64,000 nt of DNA from Camelus ferus (taxonomy: Eukaryota), in contig NC_045696.1 of assembly GCF_009834535.1 (NCBI RefSeq), forward strand, positions 97,466,001 to 97,530,000, read 5' to 3'. The notes below the pieces were generated by a model. That model saw only the letters and a program-made list of their open reading frames with translations. It was not told the DNA's origin and did no database searches. Below are positions 38,426 to 51,200 of this stretch, one piece after another; position 1 is the stretch's first letter, and each line of letters begins with the position of its first letter. The translations under genes and the position numbers were made by a program.

Positions 38426-40364
38426 AGTTTCCAGGTTTTCAACTTATTCTTTCTGAAAACTAGCCTTATGTTTTAATACAAATTCTTTATTTTCATCCTC
38501 CATTTCGAAGTAATCTCTGTTCTCCTTACTCATCCTGAATCTTGCCTTGGAATATTGCCTCCAGGATCTTGAGAAGCTCTGGGGAGTGAGGGAAGAGGCA
38601 AACAAAGGGATGATTTGAAGTTTTGATTTTGGGAAAGCCTCCTTTATGATTAAGGAAAATACCAGACGGGTCTTTCCATGAAGGGTGAGGTGTGGCTTTA
38701 TACTTGGGGAATTTGGGCCTGTGCTAGAAGCTCTGTATTCAGATAGTTGTGGAGTGCAGAGGTGAAACATCTGATCACTGTCAAAAAATGTGTAACTCTT
38801 GAGGGAGAGACCCATGACCACAAAGTAAATAACATTTGAAATGCTGAAAATGGTGTCTGCCATTTGTTTTCAGTTATTGTCAAAATTCCGTCCTGGGTGG
38901 TGTCATTGGTTGGAAAGAGTCATCCCCGTGAGAGGGAGCAGTACAGGTTTCTGGTGCTGATGCAGGGCTGAGGGGCATAATTGATGGGCACACGCTGGAG
39001 TCTCTTACGTGTGTTCAAGTGCTGTCCACATTCACTAGAAGAGAGTGTGAATGATGCTGTCTAAACTTCTGCAAATTAGGGGGTGATAGGAAAATTCTTT
39101 TTAATATAAATAAAATGTTTTATGAGACTGCTGTATTCTCTACTATACTAGATAAAACTCATGGATAAAATTTCACATGCTTTTTTTTATATAAGGTGGG
39201 TATCACTGAATAGAGTAATAAAAACTTACATGTATGAAATTATATCATGGAATGTTTTTACAGTGGTAGTCAATTCTCATCTTATTTACTCTTTTAAAAT
39301 ATTAATGCAAAATAAAATATATGCTAGCTGCCAAATAGTTTTTAGCAGTTGATAGTTCTTCTCTTTCATTAAACAAATAGGAAAGTTAATAAGTTTTTAA
39401 AACCTTAATAGATTATATTCTGATTTTTATGTGTGATTTTGATTCAGTTTTCTCCCCCAGAGTCCATTACCTACACACATGTACATTTACCAAAGAAATA
39501 CTAGGACTTGCATTATTCCTTACCTCGTAAGTAACTAATATTTCAGCCACATTTTATTGTATTATTACAAATTAAGTAATGAGAAATAGCATTTTTAAAT
39601 TGTTTTATACATTTTAAATTGGTAAAATAATTACATTAGCTCTACATCCTGATGTATGACTTTTAGTAATTTATCTTACAAGGCGTGTTCCATAATTTCT
39701 CTGTGGTTTCATACTATTCTTCAAATTGCATTTTAACTTGATTTGAACTGATAAATAAATTTAGACTTTTTCCAATGGAATACATGTGTTTACCTGATTT
39801 ATCTGATTGGTTTGACAGTGAGGACTGCCTTTTCCAATTAGTCTGTATGGAAAGTATTTCCTATAAGAGAAATGAGCTAAATCAGTAGCTACAAGCTTTT
39901 GACAAAAATATTATTTAAAAACTAGAATTTTTTTGAAAATAATATACTGGCAAACATATTTTTAAAATTTTTTCAGAGTATATAAGGCACCTCTAATTGG
40001 AAAAGATTAGAGGTAGTCATTTAAATGACTAAATCTTAGTAGAAATGTTAGCAAACCTCCCAGAAATTGCAGAAGTAAATGGCTTTTGTAACTGGGTATC
40101 AAATCATTTTGCAAGTCAGTTTGTTTCTAATAAAAAAAAACTTTCCATAAAATTGAAGGAGTCCTCAGTTGAGTTGTTAACTGATGGATTATTAAAGCAA
40201 ATTTTTTTATGATAGATGATAAAATTATTTGTTATAAAAGTATGACGTTCACATAATTTAGTTAAGATTGCCTTTTTAAAATGCTTCTTGCATTCTCATC
40301 CTTTTATTTCTGTAAAATTTTCTTGGCGGTAATGTTTATAAAAAGGAGTGAAGATCATTTTGTA

Positions 40365-40825
40365 ATGTATAAAATCACTGTTTTGTGCACCAGAAACTCA
40401 TATAATGTTGTAGGTCAATTATACTTCAAAAACAAACAAACTCATAGAAAAAGATACCAGATTTTTGGTTACAAGAGGAGGTTTAGGGGTGGGGGAAGGA
40501 GGAATTGGATGAAGGCAGTCAAAAGGCACAAACTCCCAATTATAAGATAAATAAGTACTACAAATGTAATGTACAACATGATTAATATAATTAGCGCTGC
40601 TGTATGTTTATATATGAAGATTGTTAAGAGAGTAAATCCTAAGAGTTCTCATCACAAAGAAAAATACATTTTTTTCTTTTATTTTGTATTCATATGAGAT
40701 GGTAGATGTTCACTAAACTTATTGTGGTCATCATTTCATAATGTATGTAAATCAATTGTGCTGTATGCCTTAAACTTACACAGTGCTGTATGTCAATTAT
40801 ATCTCAATAAAACGGAGAAAAATTC
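40365..40825 (+). mobile_element. L1 3' fragment nested in the hAT fossil
   Basis: gagagtaaatcctaagagttctcatcac...gtcaattatatctcaataaaac. Confidence 0.85.
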
Positions 40826-41265
40826 ATAAAAATGAAAAGTAGGAATGAAATTGATGCTCTAACTTGGGACACATGAACTAATTGAAAAGTAAACAGTCTC
40901 GCCTTATTAAGAACTGCAACTTTAATAACATTTTACTTTTTATGTTTAATGTTTATCTGAATTTGTCCTATATGTGGGTTATTTTGATAAATTTTATACT
41001 ACTAATAATTATAATGATAAAATTCTTTTTGACACTTTAGAATCTATGAGCTGCCTCCCCAAATTTGTTCTCCCCTTCTTGGGTGCACACCCAGCCTACA
41101 TTTCACTGTCTCCCTTGCTGCAAGGGGTAGCCATGTAGTTGTTCTGGGCAACAGAATGTGAATAGAATTGATGTGGGTCACTTCCAGGCCTGTTCCTGAA
41201 AATCTCATCCCTGCACTCTTTGCTTCTCCATTTACAAACTAAATGCTGTCAAGAATGAATCTCCA

Positions 41266-41438
41266 TCAGGGAAGGTATAGCTCAGTGGTAGAGTGCCTGC
41301 TTAGCATGCACGAGGCCCTAGGTTCAATCCCCAGTACCTCCGTTAAAATAACTAATTAAATAAATAAACCTAACTACATCCCTCAAAAAAACAAACAAAA
41401 AAACCCCACAAACAAAATTAAATAAATAAATACAAAAA
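41266..41438 (+). mobile_element. tRNA-derived camelid-type SINE (vic-1-like)
   Basis: ggtatagctcagtggtagagtgcctgcttagcatgcacgaggccctaggttcaatccccagtacctcc plus long A-rich tail; TSD aatgaRtctcca at 41254-41265 and 41439-41450. Confidence 0.9.
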
Positions 41439-41904
41439 AATGAGTCTCCAGGAGAAGCCTGGCAAACTTCAGTAAAAGGCAAGACAATAATTACTGTGGG
41501 CTTTGCAGGCCACAGAAGGCCTCTGTCTCATATTCTGCTTGCTTTTTTTAAAGCAGTTATTTAAAAAGGTAAATCTATTGTTAGCTCCCAGGACACCTAA
41601 AAATAGGCCCACCAGCTAGATCCTAATCATTGGGGATAGTGGAGCCACTGATGGAAGGCACTTGGGTCCCCTAATCACTGTGTGGAGGAGAGCATCTTCC
41701 TTATTTGAGCACCTCACCCAGGACTATCATGAGAGAAGGAAAGAAATTGTGTTGAGCCAAGGCATGCTTCCACCTATTTGTTATTACAGCTCAACCCAAC
41801 AAAGTATATGATATTTCCATATTTAACTTACAAATTTTTTTTAACAATGAATTATTAGACCTTTGAAGTATGTAGGAGAAGTGAGATAAAATTATGAGTT
41901 TAAG

Positions 41905-42160
41905 CAGACTCACAGATACAGAGAACAAACTAGTAGTTATCAGTGGGGAGAAGGGAGAAGGGCCAATACTGGGCTAGGGGATTAAGAGATACAAACTACT
42001 AGATATCAAATAAGCTACAAAGATAGATTGTACAACACAGGGAATATAGCAAATATTTTACAATAACAGTAAATGGAGTATAACCTTTAAAAACTGGATC
42101 ACTATATTGTACACCTGTAACATAATATTACACATCAACTATACTTCAATTAAAAAAAAA
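41905..42160 (+). mobile_element. L1 3' fragment
   Basis: cagactcacagatacagagaacaaactag...atcaactatacttcaattaaaaaaaaa. Confidence 0.88.
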
Positions 42161-43509
42161 TTTTACTGAGCTTAAGGAGAAAGGAGAATGATGTAAAATT
42201 TCTAACTGTTACAGAATTTGTTTATGTATTTTTAAATGGATGATGGTGGGCATCACATTGCTTGGATTTTAAATGCAAGTGAATCTTTTAAAGAGAGTAC
42301 TGTGATAGTTTATTTTAAAATACCTGTATTAATAATATATTGGAAATCACAACCTTTCCAATTATTCAAACATATGAAACATCTTAGACATCAACTAAAA
42401 ACTTTTTGAAGGGTTGCAGGGTTTTAAAGAATTATTTTAGGGGACATGCCAAAAATCTTTGAAGAGACTTCAAAGAACCTTTAAAAAACCAAACCTCTTT
42501 TGAAAGCTTCATAGATTCATTGGGCTGGAAGAACAAGCAGGGGCTTTTCTGGTTCACCTCTGCCCTTTTGAAAATCCTGTGTCTAGGTCACCTTAGACAG
42601 TGTTCGACACAGGAATGCCTTTGCGCTTCAAGAGTCCTGCCAGCAGTGTCACTCTGGTAAGTGTGGACTCATTTCTTCTGACCTGAGGTTTTCCCACTGA
42701 ATCGTGAGAATGAGAATTGGATTCTTTCTTTTCTTTCAAAAATTTTCCTTTGGATTGTTCTGAGGATTCGTGAGTTAAACATTTGTTGAGAACTTTGCGA
42801 TATTTGGCTGAAAGTACAAAGTCTTATTTATTATTGTTGGCTGGGTGAAAGGTATACAAGTGCAAAGTATCATTTTCTTCCCTGGGCACACCGCATTATC
42901 ATGCTTAATCCCCAGGAAACTCATAACCTCATTCTCATACAGGGCCTCCTCATTTACATAACCCGCCACAAACTGAGCTGACAAAGGACTTCTGGGAGAG
43001 GATTTGCAGTTTCTTCTGTCCTTCAGAGAGTTTCTGTCTGCCTAATAGGTGTGATAACTTTTTTGTCTGGCTGGATTGACAGTCCCTTACTTAGTCCTCT
43101 TACAGCAAGTGAGTAGGAAGGAGGAAGACCGTGGGCAGTGAGAAACTTAGGAAGACTGAGTTCTTATTTTGATCTGTCCTTGTCTACTCATCTGACCTGG
43201 ACAAGTCACTTCACCTCTCTGAGGTTTATGTTCCTCATCTAAAAAATGTGGGAGTTGGAATAAGTAATTTCTATGATTTTCTTCACACTTAATATCTCCT
43301 CTTAAGCATGTCAAAATGCTGGAAGAGCTGCCCTGAAAATTTCAATGTATTGGTGTGTATCATCTGGCAATATGTGATACACAGCAAGAAAAGTACAAAA
43401 TTAAAAGCGTAAGAGATACTGTTTTCCAAAAAAGCTTTAGGTTAAAGTTCTTTATTTAATTCTAGTTTTCACAGTAAATGTGTTTTATGCTGTTAGACCT
43501 ATGAGGCTG

Positions 43510-43597
43510 CTGATGGTGGTGGTGGAGGTAGTAAGTGTGGTGAGAGAGGTGTGGAGGTGGTGTTGATAGTGATAGCAGTGATGGTGGAGGTGATGGT
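43510..43597. repeat. Degenerate (GGT)n-type low-complexity tract
   Basis: tgatggtggtggtggaggtagta...gtgatggtggaggtgatggt. Confidence 0.7.
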
Positions 43598-44189
43598 ATA
43601 AACATCACAGCCACCTTGAAAGAAAACACATATATTAATGCTTTCATCACAGTGTCTGTTCATCTTTATGATTCCCATAGATCTTGGGATCTGCCTCGCA
43701 CTAAACAGGTGCTTGATAGCTCTTTGATGAAAGAGTAGCTGGAGATAACTACAGATGCATCTTGCCCTAAAATCTAAGGCAAAAAAACTAATGCTCTTGT
43801 AGAGATCTCAGATTTAATACCACTTGACATAACAGGCTTTCTAAGAAAGCTGGGAAAATACTGTCTCTGAAGTCATTTTAATTGATGTTGCCGTTGCTTC
43901 ACTTTCTAATGAAAGATGAAAGCGTGTGCGGATTATAGGAGGACCTTTTCTCAAAAGTAGTGGGAGAAAAACCACTGAAGTTTATCTACTCAAAAAGGGA
44001 ACAGAATTTCAGAGGAAGAAGTTTGACTTGGACTATATCTAAAACTCAAAACTAAAAATTATAAAAATAATTTTATCTTACATGTAAAAAAATTTAGGTT
44101 ACTTTAGAAACTATGGGCTGGTCCTTGAAATATACAAAGACAGAATCAAATATTGGGTTTTGTTTTTGTTTTTGTTTTTTTCTTTGGAA

Positions 44190-45510
44190 GGTACATAATT
44201 TTTTCAACAAAAGTTGATGGAGACAGAGGCCATTCATGGGCCCAAGAGCATGGACTCCCACTTACCAAAAGCAAAGCCAATCTAGTTCCTGCTGCTTCCA
44301 AATGTCCAATATACCAGCAACAGAGACTGAGCCTCCAATATGGTACTATTCCTGGAAGAGTCCAACCGGCCACTTGGCAAGTTGACTACAGTGGGCTTCT
44401 TCCATCCAGTTTATCTGCACAGGAGTAGAAATGTATTCTAGATCTGAGTTTGCTTTTCTTGCCCACAGAGCCTCAGTTAGCACCACTATCTGGAAAATTA
44501 CAGAATATCTGATTCATAGGCATAAAATCCCACACAACATAGCATCCCATCCAGGAATCCACTTGGCCACAAAGAAGGTGTAGAAATTACCCTTTAGCTG
44601 TCGGGCCCACTGGTTGTATTACATACCTCAGTATCTAGAATTAGCTAAACTGACAGAAGGCACCACTGAAGGTGCAGGGATGAAGTGGCATCCTTGAGGG
44701 TGCAGTGTATACACTAAGTCGGAGACCTTAGATATTATGTAACTTAGAAGAAGAACACACGGGCGGCACAAGAACAAAGGGGTGGAAGCAAGAGGAGGCC
44801 CATTTATCATCGCTGCCAGTGACCCATTAGGGAACTTTATGCTTCTCCTCCTCACAAATTTGGGCTTTGTAGAGTTAGAGGTCCAGGTCCCCTAGGTTGT
44901 GCACTCTTGCTAGAGGGCACAACGGGAATCATTGAACTGTCATTAATGAATGCCACGCAGGCACTTTAGACTCCTGTGCCCACAACCGCCAGGTGAGAAG
45001 AGTTACCACCATTCTGGCCAGAATCAATGACCCTAAGATGTGGGAGAAGCTGCAGCTATTACTGCACATGCAGGGTTTGGGGTGGAGTCGGAGAGCAATG
45101 AGCGTAACCAGGTGATCACTTGGTGCCTCTGGGGATTTGCTTTCCCGATTATAACAATGGATGGACATACACAACAGCCCCGATTTGAGAAGGGATGATT
45201 CCAAGGGCTTGGACTTCCTCGGAGTGAAGGCTTGAGTTGCACCACCAGGTAAGCAAGCCAGCAAAACCTGCAGAGGTGACATCCTAGGATGTGGAGACTT
45301 CAGAGGGGATCGTGGAGGAGAGAGTAAGTGCCAGCTGTGGCCTCAAGACCAAATGCAGACACAGGGGCTGTGGCTTGAGTCACTGCTGTGGCTTGAGTCA
45401 CTAATGTCCCTCTTCTAAGTTTCCCCTCAGGAGGAGAGGTCCACAGGCACTTTGGAAGAACTGCATCCTGGAATAGATGGAGAAGCCCGTCCACGTGTTG
45501 CAGTCTGTAT
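44190..45510 (+). mobile_element. ERVL-class endogenous retrovirus internal remnant (integrase region)
   Basis: ORF 44153..44428 contains WAQEHGLPLTK...CPIYQQQR...YGTIPGRVQPATWQVDYSGLLPS, matching the recalled ERVL integrase segment WAQQHGLPLTK...CPICQQQR...WQVDYIGPLP. Confidence 0.85.
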
Positions 45511-45514
45511 AGAC

Positions 45515-45962
45515 CCTGGTGAAAACTGTGCGGGTTCACTGCTCAGGGCTCCCTTCAGCAGAGAATCTGCTGTGAGGAGAGCATGGAGCTGGCAGCCCCC
45601 ACTGCCACAGCTGTGAAGTTGACAGCTGATGCTCTCCTGCCAATGACTGCGCACAGTGGGTGGCTGCAGCCAGGCCATTCCTGCACATCGTGGGACCCTG
45701 TCAGTCAATCATTGTGTCAGAGCTCCGCGTTGGCCTGGCCAGGACTTTCTCAGAACTGCACTGCAGTTTGAAGCTCTTCACACCCATCCTTCCTTCTCTC
45801 CTCCTCTCTCAGGTGTCCTGTCCGCACTGCAATCCGAAGACTCTCCTGCCTGCTCTTCTTCCTTCTCCCCTCAATTCTTTACAGCCATTTCCCCCAGTGC
45901 ATCTCTTGCTCTTCTAATTCCATCTTGGTGTCTGCTTCCTGGTGGATCTGAACTGACCCACA
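45515..45962 (+). mobile_element. LTR16-like 3' LTR of the ERVL remnant
   Basis: Ends catcttggtgtctgcttcctggtggatctgaactgacccaca, like recalled LTR16 termini; directly follows the ERVL internal sequence. Confidence 0.65.
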
Positions 45963-47639
45963 AATCATGCTTGTAGTTATTTTCCAAGTAACCATTTGTT
46001 TTTCTTAATTTGTTTTCCCTTGATGGAGAGTTTAAACACTGGATAAATACAGGTATCTCTGTGGGCCAGTTTACCATCATTTAACTCTGCAGAGGAGTCA
46101 CAGGATGTGTTAGTGTCTTCCAGAACTTATACTAGGGAAATAGAGGTCTATTTTGTCTATTTGCAAAAGGGCAAGTTCACCTTCAAAGTTTTCCTGGATT
46201 ACATTTATGGTTCCCTCCCTTTCCCCTTCCCATTGCATTCTAGTGATAGGAATCCTGTTTGTTTGTCTCCTTTAAACCACAGAAGTGCAAATTCAAAGGA
46301 AATGACATTTCCAGAAGAATAGAAATTCCTGATTTAAGTGAGGTCCTTTTGAGTTCAGATGGCTTTGTGATAAATAGAAGAAAGAGCACTCTTGTTTCCA
46401 GACGGGCTACACACTCTGCCCCAAGCTGTGTATTAATGGACCCGGTACAGGAATAAACTTGGTTGGGATTTTCCTTGGTGAGATTTTGTGGCCACTGAGG
46501 AGGTTCCCTTGCAAGTTAGTAAGTCTGGGTAGGAAAACATCTACATGTGGGGTTCTTATTGCCTCTCCTACGAAAACAAATCTCCTGGCAGTGATGAAAT
46601 AGAAAAGACTGACTAAAGGTAAACACTTGGATTCTGCACAAAGGCTTTTGGTAATTTTAGGTAAAATGGGCTGGGTCTCTCCCATACCAACAGTTTTCTT
46701 TGGAGGCTGTAAAGTTTGGTCTCTGAACTCATTTGGCCAAGCTGCTCCGAAAGTCAAAGGGAGGATTCATTAGTAAGGATGAAATTTACCACCAGATTCT
46801 GTCTGTCTTTTCAGCCTAACAAACTGAGATTTGTTTCTTGGGGTGTTCAATCAGTAACACAAAACATTTTGAAACCCATGTGACGTTTTTTTGGTGAGTA
46901 GAGCTTATGTGGAAGAATCAATATAACTATTGCTCCACGGTTGTCAGAGAATTCATCAAAAGAGTCTCTCTCCATTGGTGACTAATTTTGTTCTAAGAAT
47001 GGGACCCATCACTTCTAACTTAAAACCTTAGCTTGTGATACGAAGTAATGAAGCGTGGGCTCTTGGACACCTCAATATACCTAACCCTGGGGCATATAGG
47101 AGAGAGATTTCTCACCTGAGATGTATTTAAATCAACATCAGAGAACTTGGTCATTCCTCATTGAAAGATACGAGTTACCGTATTTAATTGAAAATAAGGC
47201 AGTCTTTTCATTTTTGCAAGAGAAGTGGACGACTGAAAATGTAGAAACTTTTTTCCTTTAAAGCCGTTAACCAGCTTTATTTATAGATGCAGTGTCTGCC
47301 AGTCATACTGAATTACCTTATTATCTCTAACCTTGAATTCCGGGCTGTGCAATCAATACCAGGAAGAGCCTTGATTGGCAGATTAATAGACAGAAATTAC
47401 AGAATTTTTTAGTAGGGTTGTGGCTACATCTCAGAGAACTTCTCTTTCAGTTTTTTGGGTTTTGTTTTGTTTTGTTTGCATTTCCTCAAGGTGTTCCAAG
47501 TCTCTTTTCAAGTATCTTCAGATTCTTTTCCCTCCTGTGAAACACAAAAATGATGGCAGGTGGGAGAAAACACACAGAATAAACAAGAAAATGTCTCTTG
47601 CCTAAAATCTTTGCCCCAAAATTGGGAGACAATGATTCA

Positions 47640-48265
47640 GTAGAACTACGATGCACAGCCACTAGGTTGGTGCCCGTGTAGTCCTTAAATTGACTGTAAG
47701 GGCACAATGTGATACCTCTAAGTATTTTGTTGGTGATTTGTTTCTAAAAGGCAAAGAGCTGAAAGACTCGTGTTCATGCTTAGAAATGCCAACATATGAA
47801 CATAGGCAGCTCTTCCATCTCTGGGGTTCCCTGCCTGAGCCTTTTTCCTGAGAGCTTCCTGCCTTCCCTTTAGAATCATGCTCATTGCACTGATTCTTGA
47901 CCTTGCTCTCATTCCTAGCCCCCACCCCCATCAAAGGTGATTGGTCCCGGGATAGACCTGATTCAAGTGAAACCAATCAGACACCTTTCCCTGGGGATTT
48001 AGACTTGAGGCAAAAGTCCATTTATTTTTTAAGAGGAACTGCATATGATATAATGTGAGGTGTAGACAATCATGTGCCATGTGGATTGAAGAGCAGAAAA
48101 AGCTGGGTGCCAAAGAAGAATGAAGTAGATATGCAGCGAGAAGCATAGGGGGAAAGAGAGAGAGAGATGGACTTTGTCAAGTTCTATGCAGTATTCTTGT
48201 AATTGCTCCCTTTTGCTTAAGAGAACATAACTTTTTACCCGCAGCCAGGAGGAGTCTTAATGACT
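47640..48265. mobile_element. MLT1-like (MaLR) LTR
   Basis: ggtgattggtcc...aaccaatcaga...ctggggattt and ccttttgcttaag motifs. Confidence 0.55.
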
Positions 48266-51200
48266 TTTCCTCCCACTCCTGGCAAGCGTATGACACAGAA
48301 AATGTGAATTTGCCCAACCAAGTAGTCCTGGACTCACAGGAAGCACTTTGGTCCTATAGGAATTTCTTCTCACTACAGGAAGAAATATGCCTGTTTTCTG
48401 TGTTCTCTTTCCTCACACCAGCCCTCAAAGGATCTAGAAAGACAGTCTGAGGATCAGGACAGACTGAGGTTTGGGGGCTCTAAGGCTTGGGTGCTGTGAG
48501 AGCCCTGAGTTATATGGCTAAGGTATAGTGCCTAGCCATCATTAGTGATATATTTTTTTCTAAAACAAAATACATTGAGTTCCAAATGACCAATTTACGA
48601 AATGACTTTAGGACTGCAACCCTTAAAAAAAAAAAAAAGAACAAACAAGGACTGCCTGTTCCACATTAATTAGTAGTGATGAGTCACAACACAGAAGGAT
48701 TCTTTAATACACACAAATACTCCATTAATCAGGACTTGATTGCATTTTAAGTTACCTCCAACACATTTGAGTTTTCATTTACTTAATGAGAGGAAGAAGA
48801 CAACTAAATTTCTATTTTTCAGTGCACTGAATGGCCACTAGATGATAAAGCATTTGTGAAATGATTCTGTAAGTCAGTGGAGAAAAAATAACTTTAAAAA
48901 TATCTTCTCTCCCTTTTTTTTTTTTTTTTTTTTGAGGAACAAACAGAATTCTGTATGCTCATGAAGGAGAAAGAATTAAGACTCTGGTTCAGTTAAGAAG
49001 TTATATGAGAAATATAATTTGAGAGCCTGGAGGCATTAGAGGGTTTGAATTCTAGCTCTTCTATTAGAACTCAGTGACCTTTGGCAAGGCACAAATTTTT
49101 CTGAACCTTTGTTTTCTAATCTGCAAAATAGGAGTTCTAGTAAGCCTTGCCTGCAATTCTTAGAGTGACTGTGAGATACCTGTGTGATTGTACATGTGAA
49201 ATTGTTTTGTAGTCTGTAAAATATTATATAAACATTACTCTTATTATAGTAATTGAAATACTAATAACTTTTAATTATAACTAGGTGGAAATGTCTATAA
49301 TCATACAATCAAATTAGGAATTATTGTATGGCAGACACTGTATAAGAATAAATTCACCCTCTTATTGAAGATTAACTGCAAATATATATATTTTAAAGGA
49401 CACCTTTGTTGTTTTTAAGCATGTGTGAGTTGAACTTATGTCCATAGGGTCAGCATTTGCCTCCTGGTTCCTCTCTCCACCCTGTCTTGGGCTGGCTGGT
49501 CCTCTCCTCGTGTCCTTGGCTCCAAACCATGAGTTGACCTTTCTTGACCAGGCACGAAAAGTAACCTCACTTGAGTCTGGACAGTTCTGAGACAGAGAGA
49601 TAATAGGAGAGCTTGTTTGTGCTTGGCTCTGGTCAACATGACAAATAAGACCAGGGGAGAGAAGTGGCTTGAACAGCTGCTGTAACCAGATCTGGGACTT
49701 ATTTGGGTAGAGGGAGGAGCTGAATGACTTCGTCAACCAATGAATGCCCTGTCAGGTGGCAAACTCTTCCAAGATCAGTGTGAAAGACCACTTCTGGTCT
49801 TGCACACAGTGGGCACTCAAAAAATACATATATATTTCTTAAATATATGAATAATACTGACCACCTTGAATTTCCTCCAAAACAGTGCTAATTAGTTCTT
49901 TCATCACACCCAAAATAGTATTAATAATAGAGTTTGGGCTTCTGAGAGCAATGATTCAATTTCTCTATTATGTTACACATTTATAGATTTACACAGATCT
50001 AAATACACAGAGAGACACACTTATCTTTTTTATTTTTATGTAGGTTTTTTTTTTTTTTGTATTACGTTAGCATCTCAGTTTCATTCATTTTTTCCCCATG
50101 TTTTTGAACAAAGTTGTAATTATGATATTGATGTTTGTTTCTGGATTTTTTTTTCATCAAAATTATTTTAAAAATTATCTTTTTCACATTGGTGCATTGT
50201 CTTCATAAATACTATTTCTGATAGCTACCAAATATTTCATTGGATATATTGAGCTGTCACATATACTAGCCAATCTCATGTTAAATGTTCAAGAAGCTTC
50301 TAATTTTCCCCTCCTATAATTTATGCTGCAATTGGCAACTTTGCAATGCAGGAGGCTAGTTAACCTCTAAACCACAGTTTATGTTAAGTTTTCAGAAGTA
50401 TATTTTTCTTTCTTAAGAAAAGTATTAATTAACTTTTTCCATTTAAAATTATTTTCTCTAGTCCAAAAAAAAAAAAATCGTGAAAATATTAAAGGATAAA
50501 AAACTTGTGCACAGTACCCATGTAAAGACTAAATCTCAGAAATTCCTTCTCCTCTGGTCCAACTGCATTGCTGAAGAAATAGATAACATTAGGCAGAACA
50601 CAGTCCCAGCCATCATCACCATAATCAAAATTATCTTCCTTATGATCATCCAACTGATGGACTTAATAGGAAAACCAAAGTGAAGCCTGACAATGAGAAC
50701 TGCACCTGGAGAGAGTAAATGCAAAAATGAGTGGCACCACCAATCCTTGTAAGAATTTGCAAACTCTCTATATGCTAGACACTGTGCTGAGACTCTTGGG
50801 ATGTAATAAATTATGAGTACACAAATGCCATGTCCAATTTGTCAAGGAACAGGTCAGCCCTTATCCTCCTGTTGAAATAAAGATCAATCTTCAACAGTTT
50901 TCTGGACTCTTTATTATTATTCAAACTCTTACCTATTTAAAGTCCTTGTCTGTTTTGCTCCTCTTCAGTTGCTAATGGTGACTCTGCTATGGGACTTTTC
51001 TCCATACTGGTTCAGCAAGTCCACGCAGGTTCTGCCTCAAGGGCTCCTGGGCCAGAGTCTTTTAATGACTCACCCATCCGTCTAAGTTTTTGACCATTCA
51101 TCTTAGCTGGAATCATTTACTCAGACCAAGTCAGTAATTCAGAGCTAAGAAAAGTAGCTTGTGGGTGGCTTTCCTGAAGCAAAATGGCAGATGACATAGT

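Larger units (their letters stand above)
39700..42470 (+). mobile_element. hAT Charlie/Buster-type DNA transposon fossil, interrupted by younger elements
   Basis: Translation from 39742: FELINKFRLFPMEYMCLPDLSDWFDSEDCLFQLVCMESISYKRNELNQ*LQAFDKNII, resembling the Charlie/Buster LAYLADIF..LN.LN..LQG block; later NWVSNHF and KESSVELLTDGLLKQIF blocks; outer limits uncertain. Confidence 0.7.

Noticed and set aside
48832..48848. CTCF-like TGGCCACTAGATGATA
   Set aside because: Lacks the GGC core at the 3' end; weak match.
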